A stretch of DNA of 64,000 bases from Candidatus Latescibacterota bacterium (GCA_965116875.1 OZ220733.1:483767-547766); one strand, 5' to 3'. Positions 29,053 through 38,053 are shown, counted from the first letter of the stretch. Program-made: numbers and translations. Notes: generated by a model not told the origin, from the sequence alone.

Positions 29053-30159
29053 CTAAATGTCTCCGGAAACAGCGTATTCTTCCAGCACTTCCCGGTCGAT
29101 CTCGATGCCCAGCCCCGGGCTCTGTAACACCGGCACCTCCCCGTCCACTACCTTGACTGGCTCTCTGGCGAGTTCAGTTCGCAGCCTGTTTTCGGTCATG
29201 TCGAATTCAAACAGGGATGGAAACGGATTCAGCGTCTCCGGTGAGTCGGGCAGGGTTGCCTGCCAGTGGATCGTAGCGGCAAGGCGAATACTGGTTCCCC
29301 ACATGTGAGGCAGCACCCGTACGTGGTTGGCGCTTGCAAGCGCGGCAACCCTCCGGCACTCCGTGAACCCGCCCGCGTCGCAGATATCCGGCTGCACGAT
29401 ATCCAGCCCCCGCTCCTGGATCAGGTTGCGAAACGCCCATCTGCCCTGCAGGGCCTCGCCGCCGGCAACGCGCACCCCCAGCGCCTGACGGATCTCGCGA
29501 TAGCCGGAAACGTCGTCGGTTGAAATCGGTTCCTCGAACCAGAGCAGATCGTTCTCGAGGAGCTGACGCCCCACGTGGATCGCCGTGCCGGTGTCGTAGC
29601 CGCAATTGGCGTCCACGGCAAGCAGAGTCGAATCGCCGATCGCCCCTCGCACGGCGCCCGTGTTCCTGACGTCGTAGTCCGCGCCGAACCCGATCTTCAT
29701 CTTCACCGCCCGGAACCCCATATCCACGTACGACGCCGCCTCGTCCGACAACGCCCGGGTCATGTCCGCTTTTCGCTGCAGGAACAACCCGCTGGCATAC
29801 GCCGGAATCCGATCCCGGAATGCGCCGCCCAGTAGCCTGTAGACGGGCATCTCGAGAGCACGTCCCACGATATCCCACAGCGCGATATCCACCGCGCTCA
29901 GATCCGAAAACCCCACGCCGCCGCGCAGATAGAGGTCGTTCCAGATGACTTCGACGTCAAACGGATCCCGGCCCACGAGTTGCGTCCGCAACGCCGTTTC
30001 GTTCAGACCCGATACCCCTTCGCCCCAACCCGTGACACCCGCGTCGGTGATGACCTCGATCACGCCGGCGGTCCGTGCCGTATTCCAGACAATCGAGTTC
30101 GCGAACGGCTCTTTCAGCGGATACCGGAGATTATAGACCTTGATGTCGGTGATCTTCAT
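29053..30159 (-). CDS. Enolase-superfamily enzyme (mandelate racemase/muconate lactonizing enzyme family)
   Basis: MKITDIKVYNLRYPLKEPF...GVTGWGEG; Mg ligand region LAVDANCGY...WFEEP. 368 aa. Its stop codon lies inside the IS target duplication. Confidence 0.88.
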   Translation of the reverse strand: MKITDIKVYNLRYPLKEPFANSIVWNTARTAGVIEVITDAGVTGWGEGVSGLNETALRTQLVGRDPFDVEVIWNDLYLRGGVGFSDLSAVDIALWDIVGRALEMPVYRLLGGAFRDRIPAYASGLFLQRKADMTRALSDEAASYVDMGFRAVKMKIGFGADYDVRNTGAVRGAIGDSTLLAVDANCGYDTGTAIHVGRQLLENDLLWFEEPISTDDVSGYREIRQALGVRVAGGEALQGRWAFRNLIQERGLDIVQPDICDAGGFTECRRVAALASANHVRVLPHMWGTSIRLAATIHWQATLPDSPETLNPFPSLFEFDMTENRLRTELAREPVKVVDGEVPVLQSPGLGIEIDREVLEEYAVSGDI

Positions 30160-30178
30160 TTTGTTCCACAGACCCGCT

Positions 30179-31006
30179 TCAAACCGAAGTCCGCCGGCGG
30201 CTGTACTCCACCGCCTCAGGAAACCGGATCGTGAGATGGCTCAGGGCCTCCGCAATTTCACACTCGCAGGCCGAGGCGGCGTAAGGCAGCGTTCCGGTCG
30301 CGCGAAATTGTCGTCCGTTCAAGGCATGAAAGTCGCCGCGCCGGTCCATGAATTGTCCCCAATGCCCCATGGTATAGCCGATATGGGGGTTGACCACCTC
30401 GCTCTCCGCCCAGCGGGCCGGAAACAGCGAACGGAATCGGGGCGCTGAATTCATCCAACTGCTGCAGCGAACGATCGCGATATCGGGTCGTCGCGTCCGT
30501 GAATCCCGGAGCATTCGAATCAGAGACGCCGCGAAAGGCGTGAACATTTCACTGAGCGGCGATTCGGGCCGGTAGACATTGTCGATATGAATATTCAACC
30601 GACCGGAATCCGTATAGTCGTAAGACCAGCATTCGTAGGGTCGTTCTCCCGCGAGACCATCGTCGGCCACTCTCAGACGGGCCTCGAGACAGGGCCACAG
30701 CAATTCCAGGCCCTCAGACTCGAATGCGTGGGCCGTGGAGCTGTTTTCGTGCCTGCCGTAAAGGGACTCCAGGCGGTCGACCACGACAGCCCACTCCGGC
30801 CCGACGTCGTCGCCGGATGGATGGCGTTTCCCGTCGTAGAACGAGGTGTTCCTGTAAATGTTGACCCGTTTGTTCACCACGTCGGCAAAAGGTTCCGATC
30901 CGGCCTTCGCCACGCGCCACACGTACCAGAGGGAAAGCTTCGTGAATTCCGTCACGTAGCGACTTCGAACCGTATCCATACCGGGCGCCTGATGTTCTGC
31001 CTCCAT
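30179..31006 (-). CDS. Hypothetical protein (no family recognised)
   Basis: 275-aa ORF, co-directional and tightly spaced between the HIBADH-like and enolase-family genes. Its composition looks protein-like rather than an Arg/Pro-rich shadow. No motif recognised. Confidence 0.55.
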   Translation of the reverse strand: MEAEHQAPGMDTVRSRYVTEFTKLSLWYVWRVAKAGSEPFADVVNKRVNIYRNTSFYDGKRHPSGDDVGPEWAVVVDRLESLYGRHENSSTAHAFESEGLELLWPCLEARLRVADDGLAGERPYECWSYDYTDSGRLNIHIDNVYRPESPLSEMFTPFAASLIRMLRDSRTRRPDIAIVRCSSWMNSAPRFRSLFPARWAESEVVNPHIGYTMGHWGQFMDRRGDFHALNGRQFRATGTLPYAASACECEIAEALSHLTIRFPEAVEYSRRRTSV

Positions 31007-31041
31007 ACCCTTCCGTACGACGGGACGCGGGCGAAGTGCGT

Positions 31042-31932
31042 CTATCCCCTCCCGGGAAACGTCAGTTCGGCGACGCCCGACTTATCCAGTTCGCCCTTGC
31101 CGGTTTCTATCATACGGTCGTACTGCCTCTTCGTCGCATCGGCCAGCGGCAGATTCAGCCCGGCGTTACGGGCCAGGTCCAGGGCGATGCCTGAATCTTT
31201 CGCGGCGTGCGCACAGGAAAAGTAGCACTCGTGGTCCCGCGCCACCATATCCTCCCCGTCCGTTTCAAGGACGCGGGAATTGGCGCCCGTCTGTGAGAAA
31301 ACCTGCTGCAGCATCTCCAGATCGAGACCCAGAGCCGCCCCCAGCCCCAGCCCTTCCGCGAGACCTGCCGTATTGATATTCATGACCATATTGACGAGCG
31401 CCTTGACCTGCGCCGCCTGTCCGGCCTCCCCGATGTACTTCAAGTCGGTGCTCATCGAGTCCAGAATCGGGCGCACGTCGTCGAAGACTTCCTTCCTGCC
31501 GCCGCACATGAGATAGAGCGTGCCTTCACGGGCCTGTGTGATGCTGCTTGCCATACACCCTTCAAGGCTTCTCGCGCCCGCCGCCTCAGCCAGCGCCTGA
31601 ACGTCGACGTGTACCTGAGGGGCGATGGTTGCGCAATTGATGAAGACCCTGCCGTCCGCGCCGCAAAGCAAACTGTCGCCCCCGGTTGAAAATACCGCAC
31701 GCATCGCTTCGTTGTCGGTAACGACGGTAATGATCTGATCCGCGGCTGCAGTCACGCACTCCAGCGAGCCGGCTGCCTCACACCCGAGTTCACGCGCCAG
31801 TTCGGCCGCGGCATCCGATCGGACGTCGTATACAGACGTTACGACAAATCCGTCGTCCTTCAGATGCCTTGCTATATTCGCGCCCATACGCCCGACACCC
31901 ACCACGCCGATTCTGAAATCAGAAGTCTCCAT
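31042..31932 (-). CDS. NAD(P)-dependent oxidoreductase, HIBADH-like
   Basis: Homology starts at METSDFRIGVVGVGRMGANIARHLKDDGF (ATG at 31932). The longer track ORF (to 32067) would read through repeat B1. Confidence 0.8.
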   Translation of the reverse strand: METSDFRIGVVGVGRMGANIARHLKDDGFVVTSVYDVRSDAAAELARELGCEAAGSLECVTAAADQIITVVTDNEAMRAVFSTGGDSLLCGADGRVFINCATIAPQVHVDVQALAEAAGARSLEGCMASSITQAREGTLYLMCGGRKEVFDDVRPILDSMSTDLKYIGEAGQAAQVKALVNMVMNINTAGLAEGLGLGAALGLDLEMLQQVFSQTGANSRVLETDGEDMVARDHECYFSCAHAAKDSGIALDLARNAGLNLPLADATKRQYDRMIETGKGELDKSGVAELTFPGRG

Positions 31933-31952
31933 GTTACCCTCCGGCATACAAA

Positions 31953-32114
31953 GAAGCTGTTTTAAAACTCCCAGCGGTCTTCGCGCGGCTGCAAAAGCGC
32001 CGGCCGGCGTTGGTCGTAGCCACCCGTATCTACAAATATGGGCGGCTTCACCCGCCTTGGCCGCCACATTTTCGCTCGCGCTCGGGAACTCACCGGTAGT
32101 TTTAAAACAGCTTC
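31953..32114 (+). repeat. Family-B intergenic element, full copy B1 (162 bp)
   Basis: Perfect 17-bp terminal inverted repeats GAAGCTGTTTTAAAACT / AGTTTTAAAACAGCTTC. Alignable by eye along its full length with 61215-61376 (+) and 39594-39782 (-). Confidence 0.85.
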
Positions 32115-32181
32115 AAAGAGCGTTCAACTGCCGGCGTGTGTTCCAGCGCGGTCAACGGTCGAACGCTCCGTACGGATCAAC

Positions 32182-32616
32182 CTACAGGCTATTGTGGAAT
32201 TCGGTCCAGTCGTCCAGGTTGTTCAATTTCACCGCGTCCAGGATCGACCCGTCGTCCGCCACTCCTGCCGCCGACAGAATCGCTCCGCGCGTATCGTCGT
32301 CGTGGTGATACCCGAGAATGGCCGCATTAGAAGCGTCGATCTCATCCTGCGGGATGCTGCCGCCGCGCTGGCTCACCACCCAGTTCTCAAACTCGATATA
32401 CGTCGGCAGGTTGCCTTTTACGTAGTCAACCGCCGCATCCCGATCGACTTTCAATCCGTCGAGCACCATCTGGTCGTAGCCGGCGCCGCATTCGGGGTAG
32501 TCATCCGCCAGCTGGCCCTTCGCGGAAAGCGTCAGCTTCAGCCACAACCTGGGGAGGTGGATGGCTCCGAGAGGCCCGGCAACGCCGGAGCTGATCAGGG
32601 GAATCGTGCCTGCCAT
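32182..32616 (-). CDS. Conserved hypothetical protein, possibly DUF5069-like
   Basis: 144 aa. LPRLWLKLTLSAKGQLADDYPECGAGYDQMVLDGLKVD resembles my recollection of DUF5069. Assignment is from memory only. Confidence 0.5.
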   Translation of the reverse strand: MAGTIPLISSGVAGPLGAIHLPRLWLKLTLSAKGQLADDYPECGAGYDQMVLDGLKVDRDAAVDYVKGNLPTYIEFENWVVSQRGGSIPQDEIDASNAAILGYHHDDDTRGAILSAAGVADDGSILDAVKLNNLDDWTEFHNSL

Positions 32617-32898
32617 CGTGTGTCTCCTTCTGAATTTGGGGAGTTTAATTCGATGGAAACCGCGTCATGGACACCGCGACCGATGCACCCCCGTTCATCG
32701 GTCTGATTGTCAAATAAATGTACAGGATGAAACCTCTGTCAACATGAAAAACGCCGGACGTGGGCACCAGCCCGTTCCGGTTGGTTGGGTGCGGGGCGAC
32801 CAGTCGGGTCGCGACAGCCGTAATTTGCGAAGGGAAAAGGGTACATAGAAAGAGCGGATGAGAAATCCACTCACCCGCACCTCCTGTAACCAGCCTCT

Positions 32899-33570
32899 TC
32901 ATGCTTCGCGGCTGTTTTTCAACCGGTCTATTTCGTCCCGCAGCCGCCCGGCCTCTTCATAGCGCTCCTGCCGGCAGGCCTGTTCCATCTTGCGGAGGAG
33001 ATCGTTGATCCTTGTCTCGACGGGGTCTCCGGCATCGGCTGTCCCGCTCCTGGATACCTCCGCGACCGTCATTACGGCTTCTTCCTTGTCCTCGACGAGC
33101 TGGGGCGGCGCCAGGGCTTCGATCGATTCCGGCTCCTCAGCGCCGACTTCCGGGCGGTCCTCGTGTCCTGCTTCGGTGAGAACGGCCTCCGATACGAAGA
33201 TTGTCGCTTCGTAACGTAGCGCCAGGGCAACGCAATCGCTCGGCCGGGCGTCTACCCGCCAACGCTTCGCGCCGCGTGCGAGGGCCAGCTCCGCGTAGAA
33301 GATACCTTTTTTCAACGCCACAATGTAGACGCCTTCTATTGTGGTGTCCAGCTGACCCAGAATGGACCGGACCAGGTCGTGCGTGAGCGGGCGAGGCGGG
33401 CGCTCGTTCGTCAGTTCGGCGTAGATGGCGCTGGCCTCCATCAGTCCGATCACGATCGGCAGCAAAACGTTGTGCTCGGTGTTGCAAAGCCAGATCATGC
33501 GCGGCTGCGAAACCTGTACAGGTCGCAACGCGTTCAACGTGCGTTCGATGTCGATCTTGACTTCAACCAT
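32899..33570 (-). CDS. Bifunctional nuclease (BFN) family protein with C-terminal UVR motif
   Basis: LPIVIGLMEASAIYAELTNERPPRPLTHDLV...VDARPSDCVALALRYEATIFV is BFN-like. The C-terminal QERYEEAGRLRDEIDRLK is UVR-like. The ATG at 33570 has GGAGG 6 nt upstream; the track start is 33591. Confidence 0.8.
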   Translation of the reverse strand: MVEVKIDIERTLNALRPVQVSQPRMIWLCNTEHNVLLPIVIGLMEASAIYAELTNERPPRPLTHDLVRSILGQLDTTIEGVYIVALKKGIFYAELALARGAKRWRVDARPSDCVALALRYEATIFVSEAVLTEAGHEDRPEVGAEEPESIEALAPPQLVEDKEEAVMTVAEVSRSGTADAGDPVETRINDLLRKMEQACRQERYEEAGRLRDEIDRLKNSREA

Positions 33571-33659
33571 CTGCTTCCTCCGGATTCTCATTTCCCCGGA
33601 ACATGCTCAGCAATATACAAAAGCGAGGCTCCCCGACAAGGGTATTTTTGCACTTTTTT

Positions 33660-34961
33660 TTAGACGCACTGTGCCGCGAACCGTTCCATCTGCCGAATGC
33701 ACACCGCCTCGATCCGTTCCGCACTCCCGGGCGCAACCCGCGACCAGGGTCCGGCAACCACCTCGTAACCCCCCTCTTCATACGCTCTGTGGATTGGGAA
33801 ATACCCCACCCATCCGTTCGCGTTTCCGGTTACGAACCAGGCGCCGGCCTGTTTAACTGCAAGCCCGGTCTCGACGAACACCTCCCCGGGGAGCGCGACC
33901 CAGCGCAGGCGGCCCAGCGCCATGGCCTGGACCTCGACCTGAACCGGACCCTCAGCAAGCTTTCGCGCCAGCCGCAACGCCAGGCGGTTTTCGAAGGAAG
34001 AACTCTGCGCCGCGGTTCTCTCAGCCTCCTCCAGCGGCGGACAGGGCCTCGGGTCCAGCTCCAGCCGGTCCGTTTCGTAATCCACGCGAGTGGAACAGAG
34101 CGGAGCGCCCTTTTTCAGGCGGGCGATCTCATCCAGCGCGGCCCTGCCCAGCGTTCGCCCAATCCGGGACACGTCATCGAAACCGGTCGTCACGTGAATC
34201 GAGTTGACGTTGCCGCATGCGCCGTTGACGAAGAGACACGTTGCGTCATTCAGTCCCGCTTCCACGGAAGCCGTGAGAGCGCCGGGATAATCCGCCGACA
34301 CCGGCGGAAGCAGCATGGCCACGACGGGATGTGCGGAATAGTTCACCATCACAGCCTGCGGCTGTCCGTTCAGGGCTTCGAGATAAAGTACGGCCAGCGC
34401 CTCATCGACGGCCCAGGTTCCGGCAGCCGCCTCGAGCGGTGGCAGTTCCCCGGCTCGGTTCAGAGTGCCGTCTTTCAAACGAATTCGCCGATGCCGTGCC
34501 ACGCCCGGCACCTGCGTCACCCCGGCGTAAGCCCGGACAGCCGTCCGTTTTACCCACGCTTCGGTAACCGTGGACGCCAACGTCTCGAGGTGTCCTTCCA
34601 GCCAGTCCTGAATCCCCTCCGTTTCCCGGAACGGCGTCAACCCCAGCGTCTCGGGCGTGGAGTGGGAGTGGGTGGCCGTCAGCATCACGCCTTCCGGGGC
34701 AAGCCCTGTACGGTTGGCAATCAACGAACGCAACTCCGCCGTAAAGTTTCGATCCGGACCGAGAATCGCGTTGTCGTATCCGACCGCGTCCACCGACAGC
34801 ACCGCAATCGACCTGCGGCCGTCGTCGAGTACAAGGGCTCTGGCGTACAGGTCGTCGTGAACGCCGTCAAACGGCTCGCAGGTGCCGTTCCCGGACGACG
34901 TCAGATACGGCACCCAGGTGGGTGGGGTAACACACCGCTTTGCCGCGCCTGCCATCAGCAT
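33660..34961 (-). CDS. Neutral/alkaline ceramidase-like N-terminal domain hydrolase
   Basis: AGAAKRCVTPPTWVPYL...FDGVHDDLYARALVLDDGRRSIAVLSVDAVG resembles the ceramidase_alk N-terminal signature. 433 aa. Confidence 0.55.
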   Translation of the reverse strand: MLMAGAAKRCVTPPTWVPYLTSSGNGTCEPFDGVHDDLYARALVLDDGRRSIAVLSVDAVGYDNAILGPDRNFTAELRSLIANRTGLAPEGVMLTATHSHSTPETLGLTPFRETEGIQDWLEGHLETLASTVTEAWVKRTAVRAYAGVTQVPGVARHRRIRLKDGTLNRAGELPPLEAAAGTWAVDEALAVLYLEALNGQPQAVMVNYSAHPVVAMLLPPVSADYPGALTASVEAGLNDATCLFVNGACGNVNSIHVTTGFDDVSRIGRTLGRAALDEIARLKKGAPLCSTRVDYETDRLELDPRPCPPLEEAERTAAQSSSFENRLALRLARKLAEGPVQVEVQAMALGRLRWVALPGEVFVETGLAVKQAGAWFVTGNANGWVGYFPIHRAYEEGGYEVVAGPWSRVAPGSAERIEAVCIRQMERFAAQCV

Positions 34962-35406
34962 ATTCGACGTTTCTCCATTCCGGTGTTGACAGGTTCAGTT
35001 CCCGCGGATAAATTACAACGGCATCCGTTAACCATGACTCGTGTGTATTCTGGACGTTAATTCGAATTAATGCAAGTTGAAAAAGGCGGTTAAAGTGCGG
35101 CTTACCCTGTCTGCCTACGCTCGACAGGCAGGATACACCTGGTCACTGGGCAAGTTCGGAACCTTTCCCCCCAGCCGCCCCACCACCTGGTGAGAAGGAA
35201 GACGGGAGAGGGGAGAGATCGGATGCCGTAACGGGATTCTCCTTATGCCGCAGGCAAGTCGGAAGAATAGACGGGCAAGGGTTTCTTCTCCCGTCTCCAG
35301 TCTTGCGTCTCCCCGCATTTCTTCTACCCTCTACCCACATTAAGGCTCTTTGTGTCCAATTTGACTGTTGTATTGTTTCGAATATGAGGTTAAACGGGGA
35401 CATCCG

Positions 35407-36231
35407 ATGAAACTCTCACTTTCCGTGCGGGTTGCAGAAAGCTTCAGCAACAAACGTGTCGTGGACATACCGCTGCCCGACCTGGCCGGCATCGCAAGAA
35501 GGGCCGGATTTGGCGCGCTGTGCATGCGGGCTTCGGTTGTCGGCGTCCGGAGCACACCGGAAGCCGTGGAATCCGCCCGGGCGCTTCTGAGGCGGGAAGG
35601 CCTCGCGGTGTCGATGGTGACGGGTGACTTTGCCGTTCCCGAAAACGGTGACGAAGGTCCGGGTTGCCTGCGGAACATCACGCCGCACCTCGATCTGGCG
35701 CAGGCGCTCGGATCCGACCTGATACGTGTCTGCATCAAGACCGGGGCCGATGTCCCCTTTGCGCGAGATTCCGCCGACGAGGCCGCCGAACGGAATATCC
35801 GCCTCGCCCATCAGAGCCATACGCTCAGCCTGTTCGAGACCGTTGAGGGCTCGTTGAATGTCCTTGGCCAAATCGACAGATCCAACTTCGGACTGATCTA
35901 CGAACCCGCCAACCTTGCCCTCTGCGGAGAAGACTACGGGCCGGAGACGCTTCGGTTATTTCAGCCGTACCTGTTCAATGTCTACCTGCAGAACCACGCG
36001 CCCCATCCTGAGGGCGACATGCCGATGACCACGTGGGCCAACGGTACCGTGATGTCCCACCTGCGTCCGCTCGATGCCGCAGGAGGCATCGAATTCGGCA
36101 GGGTCTTCGAGGGGCTGCACGCCATCTCCTACAGCGGGTACGTCACCGTGCACCAGGCGTTCGGCGGGCGTCTGTCTCCAGACGAAGCCGCCATGCGCTC
36201 TGCAGGTTTCCTCAAGTCGTTCACCGTTTAG
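35407..36231 (+). CDS. Sugar phosphate isomerase/epimerase (xylose isomerase-like TIM barrel)
   Basis: MKLSLSVRV...AGFGALCMRAS...LIRVC...RLAHQSHTLSLFETVEGSL...IYEPANL, matching the AP_endonuc_2-type pattern. Confidence 0.75.
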   Translation: MKLSLSVRVAESFSNKRVVDIPLPDLAGIARRAGFGALCMRASVVGVRSTPEAVESARALLRREGLAVSMVTGDFAVPENGDEGPGCLRNITPHLDLAQALGSDLIRVCIKTGADVPFARDSADEAAERNIRLAHQSHTLSLFETVEGSLNVLGQIDRSNFGLIYEPANLALCGEDYGPETLRLFQPYLFNVYLQNHAPHPEGDMPMTTWANGTVMSHLRPLDAAGGIEFGRVFEGLHAISYSGYVTVHQAFGGRLSPDEAAMRSAGFLKSFTV

Positions 36232-36244
36232 CGGGACGTTGCAG

Positions 36245-36658
36245 TCAAGGGTCTCGCTCACGGCTGTATTCCGCGGTGACTTCGTGCTCGATCCCGCCCC
36301 TGACGTTGAACCGGCCGACCACCGCCATTTCCACCGGCGCGCAGACCAGAACCAGGTCGTCCAGGATCCGGTTCGTCACCTCTTCGAAAAAAGCGCCCGT
36401 ATCGCGAAACGACCTGAAGTAGAGCTTGAGCGACTTGAGCTCCACGCACTTTTCGCGCGGAACGTACCGGACGACGATCGTGGCAAAGTCGGGCTGTCCC
36501 GTCAGCGGACACAGCGAAGTGAACTCCCGGCACGTGAATTCAATCGTGTACCGCCGTCCCGGACGCGGATTCTCGAAGACCTCCAGGATTTCACCTGCCT
36601 GAGCCCCCAATCTGTCGCTCCTCTCAAGAGTCGGCAACCCCATCGCTTGCCCAGTCAA
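36245..36658 (-). CDS. queF: NADPH-dependent 7-cyano-7-deazaguanine (preQ0) reductase, unimodular type
   Basis: [23 protein letters not shown] (catalytic Cys), QueF motif [13 protein letters not shown], and GRFNVRGGI. Confidence 0.9.
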   Translation of the reverse strand: MTGQAMGLPTLERSDRLGAQAGEILEVFENPRPGRRYTIEFTCREFTSLCPLTGQPDFATIVVRYVPREKCVELKSLKLYFRSFRDTGAFFEEVTNRILDDLVLVCAPVEMAVVGRFNVRGGIEHEVTAEYSRERDP

Positions 36659-37055
36659 CGGTGACCGTAGCGGAAATCCCTCCCCTCACCGTGAACTCCC
36701 CTGCCACCGTCATTTTCTTCGGGTTACAGGCCGCGACCAGATCATCCAGGATCCGGTTGACGCCCCCCTCGTACGACGTGGCCTGATTTCGATACGACCC
36801 CAGATACCGCTTGAGCGACACGGTCTCTATACACGCGTCGCCCGGCACGTATCGAACGGTGATTGTCGCGAAAACGGGTTCGTTCGTTTCCGGATAGATG
36901 GCCGTGAATTCGGGGAAAACAAACTCGATCGTATACGGCCTGCCCGGCCGAGGGTTTTGTGTCGTCTCCAGACCCAATTCAACACTCCATGGCAGCGTCC
37001 CGACCTGCCGCACGCGACGATATTCGGGTACCTGCCGCGACGCCCGCGAGGTCAA
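36624..37055 (-). CDS. QueF-like T-fold paralogue lacking the catalytic cysteine
   Basis: Colinear with the neighbouring QueF ([12 protein letters not shown]...RGGIS). The Cys position reads [14 protein letters not shown] (Cys to Tyr, QPD to EPV) and the QueF motif is degraded to [17 protein letters not shown] start/stop overlap with the upstream Gfo/Idh/MocA gene. Confidence 0.75.
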   Translation of the reverse strand: MTSRASRQVPEYRRVRQVGTLPWSVELGLETTQNPRPGRPYTIEFVFPEFTAIYPETNEPVFATITVRYVPGDACIETVSLKRYLGSYRNQATSYEGGVNRILDDLVAACNPKKMTVAGEFTVRGGISATVTVDWASDGVADS

Positions 37056-38053
37056 AACCCGGGGACGGCCACGGGCTTGCCCGACCGCACGGATTCAAAC
37101 AATGCCACGCAGATCGCCGCCGTGCGGACGGATTGCTCCAGATTCACCTGCGGTTCCGTGTCGTTTTCTATGGCATGAAGCAGGTCTTCGATGAGCATCT
37201 GCCGGCTGTCCCGGCCGTCGTCCCCGACGTCGAGGGGCATCCATTTTCGCCCCTGCAGGTCCGAAACCAGGCGGGCCGGCGGCGCCTGGGCGGTCAGGAA
37301 CGTCTTGCGCGTACCGTATATCTGCACATTGCGAAAGCCGGGCCGCGCCGATCCCATCGTCGTAAACGTCTTGGCCACACATCCGTTCTCAAAGCGAATG
37401 ATCCCCACGATGCAGTCGGTCACTTCCACACCGTGCGACCCGGCGGATATGCCGTTTCCGTACGCGGCCACCTCCACCGCGGGCGAGTCCACAATCCATT
37501 GAATCACGTCTACGGGATGGATGCTTCCGCCGGCCGCCGCGTTATAACGGGCGCCGAGCCCGCCGCGCCATCCGTCCTGAAACAGATTCAAGTGGTTGGA
37601 TATATAGTCCGCCTCGGCGTAGAACACCTTGCCGAACGCCCGTGCCTCAACCTGGCGTTTCAACTCCTGAAACGTCTCGTCGAACCGGATCTGGCAGCCG
37701 TGCGACACCTTCCGTCCCGTCCGGCGGGACGTTCGCACGATTCTTTCGATATCCTCAAACGAGGTGGCCAGCGGCTTCTCGATTAGCACGTGCTTCCCCG
37801 AGGCCATCATTTCAACGGCCGGGTCGGCGTGCAGATGATCCGGTGTGCAGATTGAAACGACGTCTACGTCATCCAGATCGGCCAGGGCGCGGTAATCCGT
37901 ATACCGGCGCGGGACGCCGTGCTCCTCCCCTACCTGTTCCAGCAATTCCCCGTTTACGTCGCAGATCGCTGTTACCTCCGCGTCCGCTTCCCGGTAGGCG
38001 GAGATGTGCGCCCTGCCCACGCCCAGACCGATCACCGCCGCGTTCAATGCCAC
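37052..38053 (-). CDS. Gfo/Idh/MocA family oxidoreductase
   Basis: LNAAVIGLGVGRAHISAYREADAEVTAICDVNGELLEQVGEEHG...VVSICTPDHLHADPAVEMMASGKHVLIEKP. Confidence 0.88.
   Translation of the reverse strand: MALNAAVIGLGVGRAHISAYREADAEVTAICDVNGELLEQVGEEHGVPRRYTDYRALADLDDVDVVSICTPDHLHADPAVEMMASGKHVLIEKPLATSFEDIERIVRTSRRTGRKVSHGCQIRFDETFQELKRQVEARAFGKVFYAEADYISNHLNLFQDGWRGGLGARYNAAAGGSIHPVDVIQWIVDSPAVEVAAYGNGISAGSHGVEVTDCIVGIIRFENGCVAKTFTTMGSARPGFRNVQIYGTRKTFLTAQAPPARLVSDLQGRKWMPLDVGDDGRDSRQMLIEDLLHAIENDTEPQVNLEQSVRTAAICVALFESVRSGKPVAVPGF

Noticed and set aside
27551-29056. 501-aa plus-strand ORF inside the IS element
   Set aside because: It is antisense to the transposase, whose IS1380-type DDE blocks are clearly readable on the minus strand. 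The plus-strand product has no motifs.
32038-32130. A conserved ~30-codon reading frame inside all three family-B copies (MGGF-T/S-RL-G/D-R-x-FFARAR-E/K-LTG...)
   Set aside because: Differences among the three copies are a mix of synonymous and radical changes with no clear third-position bias. The frame has no consistent Shine-Dalgarno sequence or stop position, and it runs into flanking DNA differently in each copy. It is more parsimonious to treat it as a by-product of a conserved non-coding element. It remains worth a formal dN/dS or RNAcode test.
32645-32902. 85-aa minus-strand ORF in the 283-bp gap between the DUF5069-like and BFN nuclease genes
   Set aside because: It has no Shine-Dalgarno sequence, an odd composition and no motif, and it overlaps the stop of the upstream nuclease gene. 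It is probably non-coding spacer.
33603-35060. 485-aa plus-strand ORF
   Set aside because: It is antisense to the ceramidase-like gene and has an Arg/Pro/Gly-rich translation without motifs.
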